Shown in pieces: positions 26,609 to 39,373 of a DNA stretch of 64,000 nt (its first letter is position 1; the number at the start of each line of letters is the position of its first letter). The position numbers and the translations under genes were made by a program. The notes under the pieces are model-generated. The model was not told the origin of the DNA. It made no database searches and worked only from the letters and a program-made list of their open reading frames with translations. The stretch comes from Malacoraja senta (lineage: Eukaryota). The DNA is taken from positions 21,144,001-21,208,000 of the forward strand of contig CM075988.1 in NCBI GenBank assembly GCA_038087875.1, written 5' to 3'.

Positions 26609-27425
26609 AGAACTTGCATTGAACTGTGCAAGGATTTTTAATAGTATGACCAAATAGCTGGTGTCTTGATTGCTAATTCTATACTACACTATTAAGCACT
26701 TCTGTTAACATATTTAAGGCAGGTACTTCAAAAATCTGTTCCCGTAAACAGTGTATTATCAAGTTCACCCTATCTTTGAGGCACTTAGAAATTATTGTGA
26801 TGATTTTTTTTTTCAATAATGCTTACACATTATGGCTTTTAATTTGATCCTGTGGAAAAAAAAAAAACTATTGAAGTATTAAAATCAGATAAATGATAAT
26901 TACAGTTTAAATATTTGAAGAACCTGGCATAATGAAAATTGGAAGATGAAAATTAAATGTAGAATGTGGTATTAATGATCAGCTTGATGGTTTTGTTTTT
27001 GCACAACTGGAAATTCTCAGTTATTTTCAGACAGTGCCAGTCGACAACCGATCAGTCTGTGTGGACATCTTTGTGTTTTAGTTTAGTTTAGAGATACAGC
27101 GCAGTGTGTCCCAGTGCAGAGCTGAGCCTGTGGGGTGTACAGGGTAGTTTCCTCAGACTCTTGCTTGCTATACTCTGCTGCCTAGGTCTAATCAAGTCAC
27201 ATTTTTTATTTGTGAAATGTAATATCAGGCTGAAGAAGGGCCTCGACCCGAACTCAACCCATTTCTTTTGTCCAGAGATGCTGCCTGTCCCGCTGAATTA
27301 CTCCTGCAATTTGTGTCCAGCTTCGGCAGAAACAGGCCCTTCGGCCCACCCAGTCCGCGCCGACCAGCGATCCCCGCACACCAGCGGTACCCTACACACA
27401 CTAGAGGCGATTTACGATTGTACTA

Positions 27426-27757
27426 ATAGTCCTGTCCCACGGTACGAGTTCATTGCAAGAGCTCTCCCGAGTTTGCCCTGATTCGAACTCGGAGATTTAC
27501 GGTAATGGCCGCTCGTCGGTACTCGGGGCTCTCGTGGACATTTTTCAACGTTGAAAAATCTTCTCGAGTCTTCCCGAGCTTACCTGCCGTTAGCGAGTCT
27601 TCCCCAGTACCGGCCGTTAGCGTTACGAGCCGCTAAGAGACGTCCCCGAGCTCCGACGTACCCGCTACGTTCATTCTCCGTGCTTACCACGAGTTTGATT
27701 TTTTTTAAAACTCGGGAGAGCTCTTGGAATGAACTCGTACCGTGGGACAGGGGCTAT
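27426..27757. mobile_element. MITE with CCTGTCCCAC TIRs and TA flanks, nested in a SINE
   Basis: About 48-bp inverted termini (CCTGTCCCACGGTACGAGTTCATT.CAAGAGCTCTCCCGAGTTT); the interrupted SINE resumes after it. Confidence 0.85.
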
Positions 27758-30299
27758 TAGTCAATTAGCCTGCAAACCTGTACGTCTTAGGAGTGTGGGA
27801 GAAAACCAGAGATCCCGGAGAAAACCCACGCAGGTCACGGGGAGAAAGTACAAACTCCGTACAGACAGCACCGGTGGTCAGTATAGAAAGGCAGCAACTC
27901 AACCAGTGCGCCACCGTTCCGCCCAAATGTGTTGTATTACAGGAAGCAAGATTAATTTAACATTAAGTCCCTCGTGCCAAATGTCTGATTCTTAAAATGT
28001 GCAATTGAAATTTATGTCAAGAGCATCAATCATTTGTCGTTTGAAAATAAAGCATAGGGTCCAAATCTGTGGACAGCCAAGGCTGTTCATAGTTCAGAGT
28101 TTAATTAGAGTTTGTAGTGTTCATTAGCCTGATGGTTGTTGTCAAGAATCTGTTCCTCTACCTGGACGCTACAGTTTTCAGACTCCTGATGGCAGTGTGG
28201 TCGTATGGTCATAAGTGGGAGGAGCAGAATTAGGCCATTCGGCCCATCAAGTCTACTCCGCCATTCAATCATAACTGGTCTATCTCCCTCCTAACCCCAT
28301 TCTCCTGCCTTCTCTCCATAATCTCTTACACCTGTACCAATCAAGAATCTATCTATCTCTGCCTTAATAATATTCACTAACAGCTTTCCGCAGCAAGGAA
28401 TTCCACAGATTCACCAACCTCTGACTAAATAAATCTCTCCTCATCTCCTTCCTAACAGAACGTCCTTTAATTCTGAGGCTATGACCTCTAGCCCTAGACT
28501 CTCCCACAAGTGCAAACATCCTCTCCATATCCACTCTATCCAGGCTTTTCACTATTCTCCATACAGACAGCACCCGTAGTCAGGATCGAACCCGGGTCCC
28601 TGGCGCTGTAAGGCAGCAACTCTACCCACTGCACCACCGTGCCAGACGTTTCATCTTTCATCTCCTTTGATGTGACTGTGTGCACGGATAGGATCTGACA
28701 GAGAAGGACTACTTCAGTGGATTCGTTTTATTTTTAATTGTGTTGGAAATTAACTTCTGAACCTTCTGATCAGCTCAGTTTCTTCCCTTATCTTCGTGTT
28801 ATTGCCATGTTATTTTGCTGTGTGACTGGTTAGCAAAGGTTTTACGCCTGCGCGCGGTCGTCAGATACTTTGTTCAATGGGGCCGGGTCATTGAGGTTGA
28901 GGCGAAACCATGGTACGAGGAAAATTGAGTCAATGCAGGGATGGGGGCAGCAGTGTGTTCCAATGCAGAGCTGAGCATGAGATGTACAGGGTAGGTACAC
29001 AAAAATGCTGGAGAAACTCAGCGGGTGCAGCAGCATCTATGGAGCGAAGGAAATAGGCAACGTTTCGGGCCGAAACCCTTCTTCAGACGTACAGGGTAGT
29101 TTCCTCTTGCTTTCTACACTCTGCCACCGAGGTCTAATCAAGTCACATTGAGATTTTTAATTGTGAAATTAAAAACCGGTCCGAAGGAGGGCCTCAAACC
29201 GAACTCAAGCCATTCCTTCTGTCCGGAGATGCTGCCCTATATATTCAAATCCTACTTGCAGAAGCATCTCAGACACAGTCCAAGACTAAAGTAAACTAAA
29301 ACTCACCCTGAGTCTTTGTTAGATTCTTCTCACAATTAAAGAATACAATTATAAATTAATCGGTATTTTCTTGGCAGTTTGTTGTGATCACTTAGTGAAA
29401 TTAAAGTCAAGTAAATACATTTAAAATGCAATGAATATTAATTCTTACTAAGATTGGTTGTGAAACAATAGGTTGTACTTAAGAAATGGATTTGGATGGA
29501 AGTCATTCTGTAAGAAGTTTAAATTTCTTTGGTGTATTTTCTTTAGTGACAGAATGGTGAATCCGTGAAATTCTTTACTACAGAAGGCTGTGGAGGCCAA
29601 GTCTATAGATATTTTTAAGGCAGAGATAGATAAATTCTTGATTGGTACGGGTGTCAGGGGTTATGGGGAGAAGGCAGGACAATGGGGTTAGGAGGGAGAG
29701 GTAGATAGAAACATAGAAAATAGGTGCAGGAGGAGGCCATTTGGCCCTTCGAGCCAGCACCGCCATGATCAGCCATGATTGAATGGCGGAGTAGACCTGA
29801 TGGGCCGAATGGCCTAATTCTGCTCCTATCACTTCTGACCTTTTGACCTTTAGGCAGCTATAATGTCTGAAATCATTTATTCTAGCTGTAATTGAACAAA
29901 AATATGTGGGATTAGTCGGAAACGACTAGTCTGTGTACTACAGGCAGCTTTTGTTTAGGCCAGCATTGCAATGATAAACGTGCAAACAGTAACTGCAGAT
30001 GCTGGTTTAAACCGAAGATAGACACAAAAAGCTGGGGTAACTCAGCGGGACAGGCAGCATCTCTGGAGAGAAGGAATGGGTGACGTTTCGGGACCCGAAA
30101 CGTCACCCATTCCTTCTCTCCAGAGATGCTGCATGTCCTGCTGAGTTACTCCAGCTTTTTGTGTCCATAATGACAAACGTGCCATTGTAACACTTTGGAG
30201 ATTACGGGAAAAAATGGGTTACGTTGAGATGGTGGTAAATTGAACATATAGGGCGGAGGATTTCACGAAGGAGAGAAGAAATAAGAGAGGAATGGGTGT

Positions 30300-30872
30300 A
30301 TGGTCCGCAAGAAATTGCAGAGAATTGTACATCATACAAACCAAACTCCCTTCCACTGACTCGATCTACACCTCATGCTGCCTTGACAAGGCCAGCAGCC
30401 AATTCAAGGACAAGTCGAACCCTGTCCACTCCCTCCTCTCCACTCTCCCATCGGGAAAAAGGTATGGAAGTGTGAAAACGCACACCTCCGGATTCAGGGA
30501 CAGTTTCTTCCCAGCCGCTATCAAGAACTGAACCACCCTACCAACAATTGGAGAGCAGTCCTGAACTACTAAGAAGGGTTTCGGCCCGAAACGTTGCCTA
30601 TTTCCTTTGCTCCATAGATGCTGCTGCACCCGCTGAGTTTTTCCAGCACCTTTGTCTACCTTAGTCCTGAACTACTATCTACCTCATTGGAGACCCTCAG
30701 ACTATTTTGATCGGCCTTTACTTTCTGCTATTCACATTATTCCCTTTATCATGTATCTGTACAGTATGGATGACTCAATTATAATAATGCATTGTCTTTC
30801 CGCTGAATAGTTAGCAGGCAACAAAAGCTTTTCACTGTACCTCGGTAACGTGACAATAAACTCAACTCAAAC
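30300..30872 (+). mobile_element. Rex-Babar-like LINE 3' fragment; also about 47285-47630(+), 47640-48065(-), 53227-53497(+), 58155-58897(+) and 41990-42560(-)
   Basis: LPSGKRYGSVKTHTSGFRDSFFPAAI-type C-terminus, UTR ending GACAATAAA and a short tandem tail. Confidence 0.7.
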
Positions 30873-33800
30873 TGTCTGATATGTTAGTTCAGTGTAGTTT
30901 GTAGATACAGTGTGGAAGCAGGTACACAAAAAAGCTGGAGAAACTCAGCGGGTGCAGCAGCATCTATGGAGCGAAGGAAAAGGCAACGTTTCGGGCCGAA
31001 ACCCTCCCTCAGTTCCTTCGCTCCATAGATGCTGCTGCACCCGCTGAGTTTCTCCAGCTTTTTTGTGTACCTTCGATTTTCCAGCATCTGCACTTCCTTC
31101 TTAAGCAAAACAGTGTGGAAGCAGGCTCTTCGGCCCTCCCAGCCCATTCCTACCATCAATCACCCGTTCAACCTAGTCCTATATAATCCCACTTCCACAT
31201 CCACTCCCTGCACACCAGGAGTAATTTTACCGGGGTCAATTAACCCACAAACCTGCACGTCTTCGAGGTGTGGGGTCAATCCGGAGGAAACACGCGCGGT
31301 CGCAGGGAGAACGTGCAAACTCCACACAGAGTGCTCGCGAGGTCAGGATCGAACCCGGTTCTCTGGCGCGTGAGGCAGCAACTCTGAAAAGCTGCGCCAC
31401 TGTGCCACCATTTAAATTCATGGAGTCGTTCAGCGTGGAAACAGGCCCTTCTGCCCAACTAGTCCATGCTGACCAAGATGCCAATTTATGCTAGTCCCAT
31501 TTGCTCGCGTTTGACCCATATCCCTCTCTAAACCATTCCTATCCATGCACCTGTCCAAAGGTCGTGAATGCTGTTATTGTTCAGGATCAATTGGAAATGT
31601 TCAGTGCCCGTGGACAAGGGAAGAAGACATTTATTGGCTGTAAAGCCTGCCCTAGTTAACCAGTCGCACCTAGCCCAGAGCTCGGCATGCATCAGAGGGT
31701 TCCTTCACATGAAAGGATGTCAGAGTAAAAATGACGGTCAATCATTTCAGCTCACAGTGAACACAAGAAACCACAGCCGCCCGCGAGCCACATCACATGG
31801 ACAGCCATTGTTTGCAGCACCCTTCCATCTCCAGATGCCAGTCTGGTTTCATGTCCTCATCATTCCTCCATCCTCCCATTGTTGCACCAGTGTTCAGCTC
31901 ATCCCAGGATAGTTTCATTTGCCTCAACGTCTCAGTCTATGTCTGCATGGGTCTTCTGCATGGAGGGAGGCTGGGACTGGAAGCAACAAAACGTTTCTTG
32001 TTTGTCCCCTTTTATTCTCCTTTTCTTGCTTCCAGTCTCCCTCCTCTTCCTCCTCCCCCGCCCCCCGCCCCCCCGCCACCCTATAATCAGTCTAAAGAAG
32101 GGTCATGACCTGAAACGCCAACTATCTCCAATGTTCTCCAGAGATGCTGCCAGACCCGCTTAGTTTAGTTTAGAGATACAGCGCGGAACCAGGCCCTTCG
32201 GCCCACCGAGTCCGCACCGACCAGCGATCCCCGCACATTAACACTATCCTACACACACAAGGGACAATTTACATTGATACCAAGCAAATTAACCGATAAA
32301 CATGTATGTCTTTGGCTTCGATAAAAATTGTAAAATGTCCCTCGTGTGTGTCGGATAGTGTTAATGTGTGGGGATCGCTTGTCGGCAGGGACTCGGTGGG
32401 CCGAAGGGCCTGTTTCCGCGCTGTATGTCTAAAGTCTAATGTCTAAAAGAACTGTTTTGCAGTAAATATACCTTGTGCAAGCACCTTTAAATAGAGAGGC
32501 TTCTGCGGGTTAAAATGTTTATTCTTGTTTAAGGTGCATGTGCAAACAAGAGATAGTTGAGGGCAGTATCATCTTGTGGTGTAAAACCTATCTGTGTGAT
32601 AAGATGTTCCATTACATTGACATCAACCCCTCTGTGGAACATACAACCCTCATTTTGTACAGCTGCTCCAAGAAAGATTTGTCATTAATCTACCCACTGT
32701 ACGGGTCAGTGCACTGTGGCCGGCAACAGCGGAACAGCGACACAGTGCAGCCTCAGTCATTTCCCGTTCATTATCTTTCATATTAGGTTTGCTGTTGGAA
32801 ACAAAAGCGTTACAGAAATTTATCTGGTTATATTCTTCGAGTTCACCTTGGTTTCAGAGACTTTTATATTTAGCTGCTACCTAGTGGGAGGAATAGATCG
32901 GGTAGACACACAGAGTCACTTGCCCAGAGTAGGGGAATCGAGAACCAGAGGACATAGGTTTAAGGTGAATTGGGGGGGGAAGGGGAAAGATTTAATGGGA
33001 ACCCAAGGGGTAGCTTTTTTATGCAAAGGGTGGTAGGTGTATGGAACGAGCTGCCGGGGGAGGTAGATGAGGCAGGGACTATCGCAGTGTTTAAGAAACA
33101 GGTACATGGATAGGATAGGTTTAGAGGGATTTGGGCCAAATGCAGGCAGGTGGGACTGGTGTAGATGGAACATGTTGGCCGATGTGGACAGGATTGGTCG
33201 AAGGGCCTGTTTCCACGCTGCAAGACTCGCCTATGACGCCAGTGGCGCATGTGTAGACTTTATGACAAAAAGCGGATGGAGCATGGGTTGAGTATGGATT
33301 TTAATGTTAGGATTCATTCCAGTGAACTGCATCAAAACATAAATTATAACAGGCAAGAGCCATAGAGTCATACAGTGTGGAAACAGGCTCTTTTGCCAAA
33401 CTTGCCCACACCGACCAATATGCACCATCTACACTAGTCCCACCTGGCTGTGTTTGGCCCATATCCCTCTAGACTGGTCCGATCTACGTTCCTGAAGGAA
33501 TATGATGTGTTGACCGGGAAACCTGCACTGCAGTGGATGGTGCCTATTGCAGCGGAGATGTATGTACTGGTGGGAGAGGGGCCGAATGGTTAGGGAAGTG
33601 GATGGATGCCAATTGACTGTGCCTCTTTGTCCTGGCTATCCTTGAGCATTGTTGGGAGTTGTGGAAGGTTTAGAGATTAGTTTAGAGATACAACGTGGAA
33701 ACAGCCCCATCAGCCCACACCGGCCATCCATCACCCGTTCACACTAGTTCTGTGTCATCTCACTTTCTCATCCACACTGGAGCAATTTGACAGGGGCCGT

Positions 33801-34104
33801 TTAACCCACAAACCCGCACGTCTATGATATGTGGAAGGGAACCCACGGGGAACGTGCAAACTCCACACAGGTGGTATCTGCGGGGGGGGGGGGGGGATCC
33901 AACCAGGGTCTCTGGCACAGTGAGGCAGCAACTTTACCAGCTGCACCACTGTGCTTCGTCTAAGGTGGTCCATCATACTCTTGACTTGTACCTGGCAGAT
34001 GGTAGTCAGATGAGGGGTCAGGAGTTGAGTCACCGACTGTAGGATGCCCATCCTCTGACCTACTCCTGTAGCGGTAGTATTTTTCAAAAGTCACAGCAGC
34101 CGAA

Positions 34105-34520
34105 TTAGGCCATTCAGCCCATCAAGTCCACTCCGCCATTCAATCATGGCCGATCTATCTTTTCCCTCTCAACTCCATTCTCCCGCCTTCTCCCCATAAC
34201 CTTTGAATACCTTACCAATCAAGAACCTGTCAATCTCCGCTTAAAAAAAATACCCAATGACGACCTCCACAGCTGTCTGTGCAATGAATTCCACAGATTC
34301 ACCTCCTTCTGACCCAAGAAATTCCTCCTCATCTCCTTTCTGAAGGAAGGTCCTTTTATTCTGATGCTGTGTCCTCTGGTCCTAGACTCTCCCACTAGTG
34401 GAAACATCCTCTCCCCATCCACTCTATCTAAGCCTTTCACTATTCGGTAAGTTTCAACGAGGTTCCCCCTCATCCTTCTAAACTCCAGTAAGTACAGGCC
34501 CAGTGCCGTCAAACGCATTG
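34105..34520 (-). mobile_element. CR1 3' fragment; similar at 7141-7415(-), 28205-28560(-), 10250-10520(+) and 4550-4785(+)
   Basis: [24 protein letters not shown]...RTRGHS... Confidence 0.88.
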
Positions 34521-34836
34521 TTCAGGTCCTGCCCAGTGGCAATCCCCAAGGAGTTGCTGGTGGGGAATTCCTCCATAATAAGACATTGAGTGCCAAGGAT
34601 TGGCAATGGGGCTCCCTTTCAATGGAGGTAGACATGCCTGGCACTCTTGTGGTGTCGGTGTGACTTGGCGCATGCAGCCGCCCCTGAGCATAGCCGGGTC
34701 TTTCTGCACGATGGCATGGACTACTTCTTCATCCGAGGAAGCGCCAAAGGAAATGGCCCGAGTGCAGTTCATCGCAAATAGTTTTTTTGGCAGGTTGAGT
34801 TTCCGAATGCATTGCCTAGGTTCACAGTGTCAGATA

Positions 34837-35172
34837 AAGGCCCTGTCCCACTTTCCCGATTTGCTCACAAATTCTCCCGAGTTTTTCCCTTTGATTCGAA
34901 CTCGGGGAATGTCGGGTAATGTCGGTAGCGAGTCCGTAGGAGGCCGTAGGACTCCGTAGATGTTTCGTAGCGGCTCGTAATGCCAGCCGTAGGTACTCGG
35001 GGCATCGGGTAGGTTGGGACGTTTTTTTCAACATGTTGAAAAATGTCCACGAGTAAAAAAGAATTGCCTCGAGTGCCTACGAACAGCTATTACCGTCATT
35101 CTCCGAGTTTGAATCAAGGTGGAAAACTCGGGAGAAATCGTGAGTAACTCGGGAAAGTGGGACAGGGGCCTT
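34837..35172. mobile_element. MITE, related subfamily with CCTGTCCCAC TIRs
   Basis: TA-AAGGCCCTGTCCCACTTTCCCGA ... TCGGGAAAGTGGGACAGGGGCCTT-TA; shares TTGATTCGAACTCGG with the 27.4-kb copy. Confidence 0.85.
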
Positions 35173-35902
35173 TAGTTCCCTTTCCCTTGCCAAAGGTTGC
35201 TGCTGCTGCCAAGTATAGTTTACCCTTGCATTAACAACATATTTCGGTTCTTTGTTTTTGCATTATTTCCCTGTCTCTGTTCTTGTAGGGAGTTATAACT
35301 AGGCTAGATACAATTCTGGGACTTACTTCCTCCACTGCCCATGATTATTAAATATAAAATACTTGCCCATCGTTTGTGAAAGTAACGGTCTAATTGGCTT
35401 GGTATAAATGTAAAAATTGACCCTAGTGTGTGCAGGATAGTGTTAATGTGCGGGGATTGCTGGTCGGTGCGGGCCCGGTGGGCCGAGAGGCCTGTTTCCG
35501 CACTTTATCACTAAAACTAAAAAGGATAAGATCATAAGACATAGGAGCCATATTAGGCCATTCGTCCCATCGTCATTCGGCCATTCTGTTTCGCCATTCG
35601 ATCATGGCTGATCTATTTTTCCCTCTCAACCCCATTCTCCTGAATCACCAAACTCCCCCTGCACTTTGTGTTTTGCTCATGAAGAAAGTTGACCTTGGAT
35701 CGATGCACGATACACACAGGCGCACGCACACGCACGCGATCGCATTCAGTGCTAAAAATCCCACGGGGCAATATTCAGGCAAAACAACTTGGAGAAGACT
35801 TCAGCGAAGGTGACAGCCAAAAATAGCAGGAACGGGTCCAAACGCAAGTAACACGTTGTGTCCGCTGAACTCCCATACATCTCCTGACCACTTCACAGCA
35901 TT

Positions 35903-36218
35903 CGTTTAGTTTACAGATACAGCGCGGAAACAGGCCCTTCAGCCCACACCGACCAGCGATCGATCCCCGCACATCAACCCGACCCTACACACACTCGGGA
36001 CAATTTACAATTATATCAAAGCCAATTAACCTACAAAACTGTACGTCTTTGGAGTGTGGGAGGACACCGAAGATCTCGGAGAAAACCCACCCAGCTCACG
36101 GGGAGAACGTGCAAATTCCGTACAAGCAACATCCTTCGTCGGGATCGACCGGGGTCGGTCTCTGGCGCTAGAAAGCGTTGTAAGGCAGCAACTCTACCGT
36201 TGCGCCACTGTGCCGCCC
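35903..36218 (-). mobile_element. HE1-like SINE
   Basis: Full architecture with an insertion in the head. Confidence 0.82.
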
Positions 36219-36600
36219 AATGCGTTTTCCCGCTGAAGCTATAAACGTAATTTAGTGCCTCATAATATTCCTGACACCATTTCACAAACAACCCCACTGG
36301 CTGATTAATAAGTTCGCCTATTCCGCCTTGCATCGTATGTAATGTATTTTAACTAAACCCAGATGATAAATATGATAATATGGCTCTGGCATTTTATAAC
36401 TAAGATGTAATACTCCCTGGCTTGTTCACAAGAAAACGTCTTGAATTTAAAGTGGCCAATGCAAATATTTCTGAATGATGATGGAAAATGAAATCGACCT
36501 CTCTGGATTTGAAAATACTGCAACAATTCCTGGGATTAGTTGCTGTTGCTCTGCAATTCCTCCCTGTACATTTTCTCGTCCTTTCCTAAGCATTGCTGGT

Positions 36601-37490
36601 GTTGGAAGGAACTGCAGATGCTGGTTTAAACCGAAGATGGACACATAGAGCAGGAGTAACTCAGCGGGTCCGACAGCATCTCTGGGGAAAAGGAAAAGGA
36701 ATAGGTGACGTTTCGGGTCGAGACCCTTTTTCAGACTGAGAGTCAGGGGAAAGGGAAACGAGAGATATAGACGGTGATGTAGGGAGATAGAAACATAGAA
36801 AATAGGTGCAGGAGGAGGCCATTCGGCCCTTCGAGCCAGCACCACCATTCATTGTGATCATGGCTGATCGTCCCCTATCAATAACCCATGCCTGCCTTCT
36901 CCCCATATCCCTTGACTCCACTAGCCCCTAGAGCTCTATCTAACTCTCTCTTAAATCCATCCAGTGACTTGGCCTCCACTGCCCTCTGTGGCAGGGAATT
37001 CCACAAATTCACAACTCTCTGGGTGAAAACGTTTTTTCTCACCACAGTCTTAAATGGCCTCCCCTTTATTCTAAGACTGTGTCCCCTGGTTCTGGACTCG
37101 CCCAACATTGGGAACATTTTTCCTGCATCTAGCTTGTCCAGTCCTTTTATAATTTTATATGTCTCTATAAGGTCCCCCCCTCATCCTTCTAAACTCCAGT
37201 GAATACAAGCCTAGTCTTTTCAATCTTTCCTCATATGACAGTCCCTCCATCCCAGGGATCAATCTCGTGAACCTACGCTGCACTGCCTCAATCACAAGGA
37301 TGTCCTTCCTCAAAGATATAGAACAGATGAATGAAAGATATGCAAAAAAGTAACCATGATATCTTGTTTCCCTTTCCCTTGACTCTCAGTCTGAAGAAGG
37401 GTCTCGACCCGAAACGTCACCTATTCCTTTTCCTTTTCCCCAGAGATGCTATCTGACCCACTGAGTTATTCCAGCATTGTGTGTCTATTC
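36601..37490. repeat. Long fold-back Penelope-derived unit with a nested minus-strand CR1 (about 36787-37313)
   Basis: Inverted arms at 36635-36760 and 37365-37487; the most intact CTGAAGA...GAAACGTC core is at 37391-37418. Confidence 0.85.
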
Positions 37491-39373
37491 TAAGCTTTAA
37501 GCCCTGTTACACTGGTGCCCTGTGTGTGACTATGATCAGTCTCTGCGCATTCTCGCTGTGTTGATAAGGTATGCGAGAGCCTGGAATATCAGCCAGTTCC
37601 TGCCCGCAAATTCGATAAATGATGCCTAAATCCTAGTCACCTATTCCTACGGACTCGCTACCGACATTACCCGACATTCCCCGAGTTCGAATCAAAGGGA
37701 AAAACTCGGGAGAATTTGTGAGCAAATCGGGGAAAGTGGGACAGGGCCTTTATCTGACACTGTGAACCTAGGCAATGCATTCGAAAACTCAACCTGCCAA
37801 AAAAACACAGGTCATGGGGAGAAACGTACAGGCAAGCACCTGTAGTCAGGATCGAACCCGGGCCTCTGGTGTGTGAGGCAGTGACTTACTGCTGCGCCAC
37901 CGTGCCACCCTAGTGCAAGGAAGCATTTGTCATTTGCGAGAGATGGGGAGGGAGGGAATGCAGTTAAAGAAATCAAGGAGTGATGCATAAGGAGAGCATC
38001 AGACGATGCAGCAGTTTTGAATTAGAGTGTTGAAGTTCCAGGCTGCGACTGATTCCGGGTTTCTAATTGTTTGTGGAAGATGCAGTGCGGACTGGTTGTG
38101 CAGGAATGACCGAGGTTCACTACCTGGATATTCTGTTTACATTGTGGATGAAGTAATTGGCAATGTGAGCATGTGGTGTCTAGACAACTTGCAACTTCAT
38201 TCCCCAGGTAGTTTGGTTTAGTTCATTCTTGTCACGTATACCGAGATACAGTGAAAAGCTCATTCCACGAGTTGTCCAGTCAAATCATACGGTATGTGTA
38301 GGACGGAACTACAAATGTTGTTTTCTACTGAAAGTCTAGTCGCAAAAGACAAGAAATTCAGGTTTTTGTTTTGTAAAAAATAAACATGTTCCAATCAATA
38401 TACAAAAAAAAGGAACTGCAGAAGCTGGTTCATTCCAAAGATAGACACCAAAGTGCTGGAGTAACTCAGCGTGTCAGGCAGCATCTCTGCAGAAAAGGAA
38501 TAGGTGACATTTCGAATCGGAATGTCTGAAGAAGGGTCTCGACCCGAAAGGTCACCTAATTCCTTTTCTCCCGAGGAGCTGCCTGCCTGACCCGCTGAGT
38601 TACTCCAGCATTTTGTTTCCATCTTCAAATCATATTTGAGTACAGTCGTACACAAGTAAAAGAGTGAAACCGATGTGAGTAGATCCTCTGTTGGGATAGC
38701 GCGCAAAGAGTCATCGTGTTCTGCCGCCATTTTGCTTGTGGTAGTTTGAGAGAAGCAAAATTCTACCGTCTTACAAGATAGTTGCACTGGACTTTAATGA
38801 ATCGGACAGCCCATCGCCAACTACCCATCGACAACAGCTTACATACTTTGGTAATGACAAATACAAAGTGCTTGGAGCAACTCAGCAGGGCAGGCAGTAT
38901 CTGTGGGAGGATCTGCTATTTCTTGTAGCAACAAGGAACTGCAGACGCTGGTCTGCCAAGGAATGACACAAACTGCTGGAGTAATTTCACGGGTCAGGCA
39001 GCATCCCTGAGAACATGGATAGGTGCCATTTCTGCATTTCCTTGTTCATTTAAATTCCTCTGTACATTGGTGGCCTCTTCACATCCATTAGTTAGACCGT
39101 GGGATTTCACAATGGGGGAGGCGGTTTTCATCAACTTGTGGGGCTTTAAAGCATCGGTTAATGAGCAGTTAATGAACAGTGCAAATTAAATGATCAATGC
39201 AGGCTTTTTGCACTGTTACTGATCAGTGCGAGTTTTCTGTACTGGAATTAGTTCCGTATGGAATGTAGACCTGGGGAATACTGCAGAGACCTTGCAGTAC
39301 CTGAGGCCAGCCTATGTTGTGATCATTGCTTCACCATAAACCATTGCTAACGCCACATTTTTCCTTCCGACAG

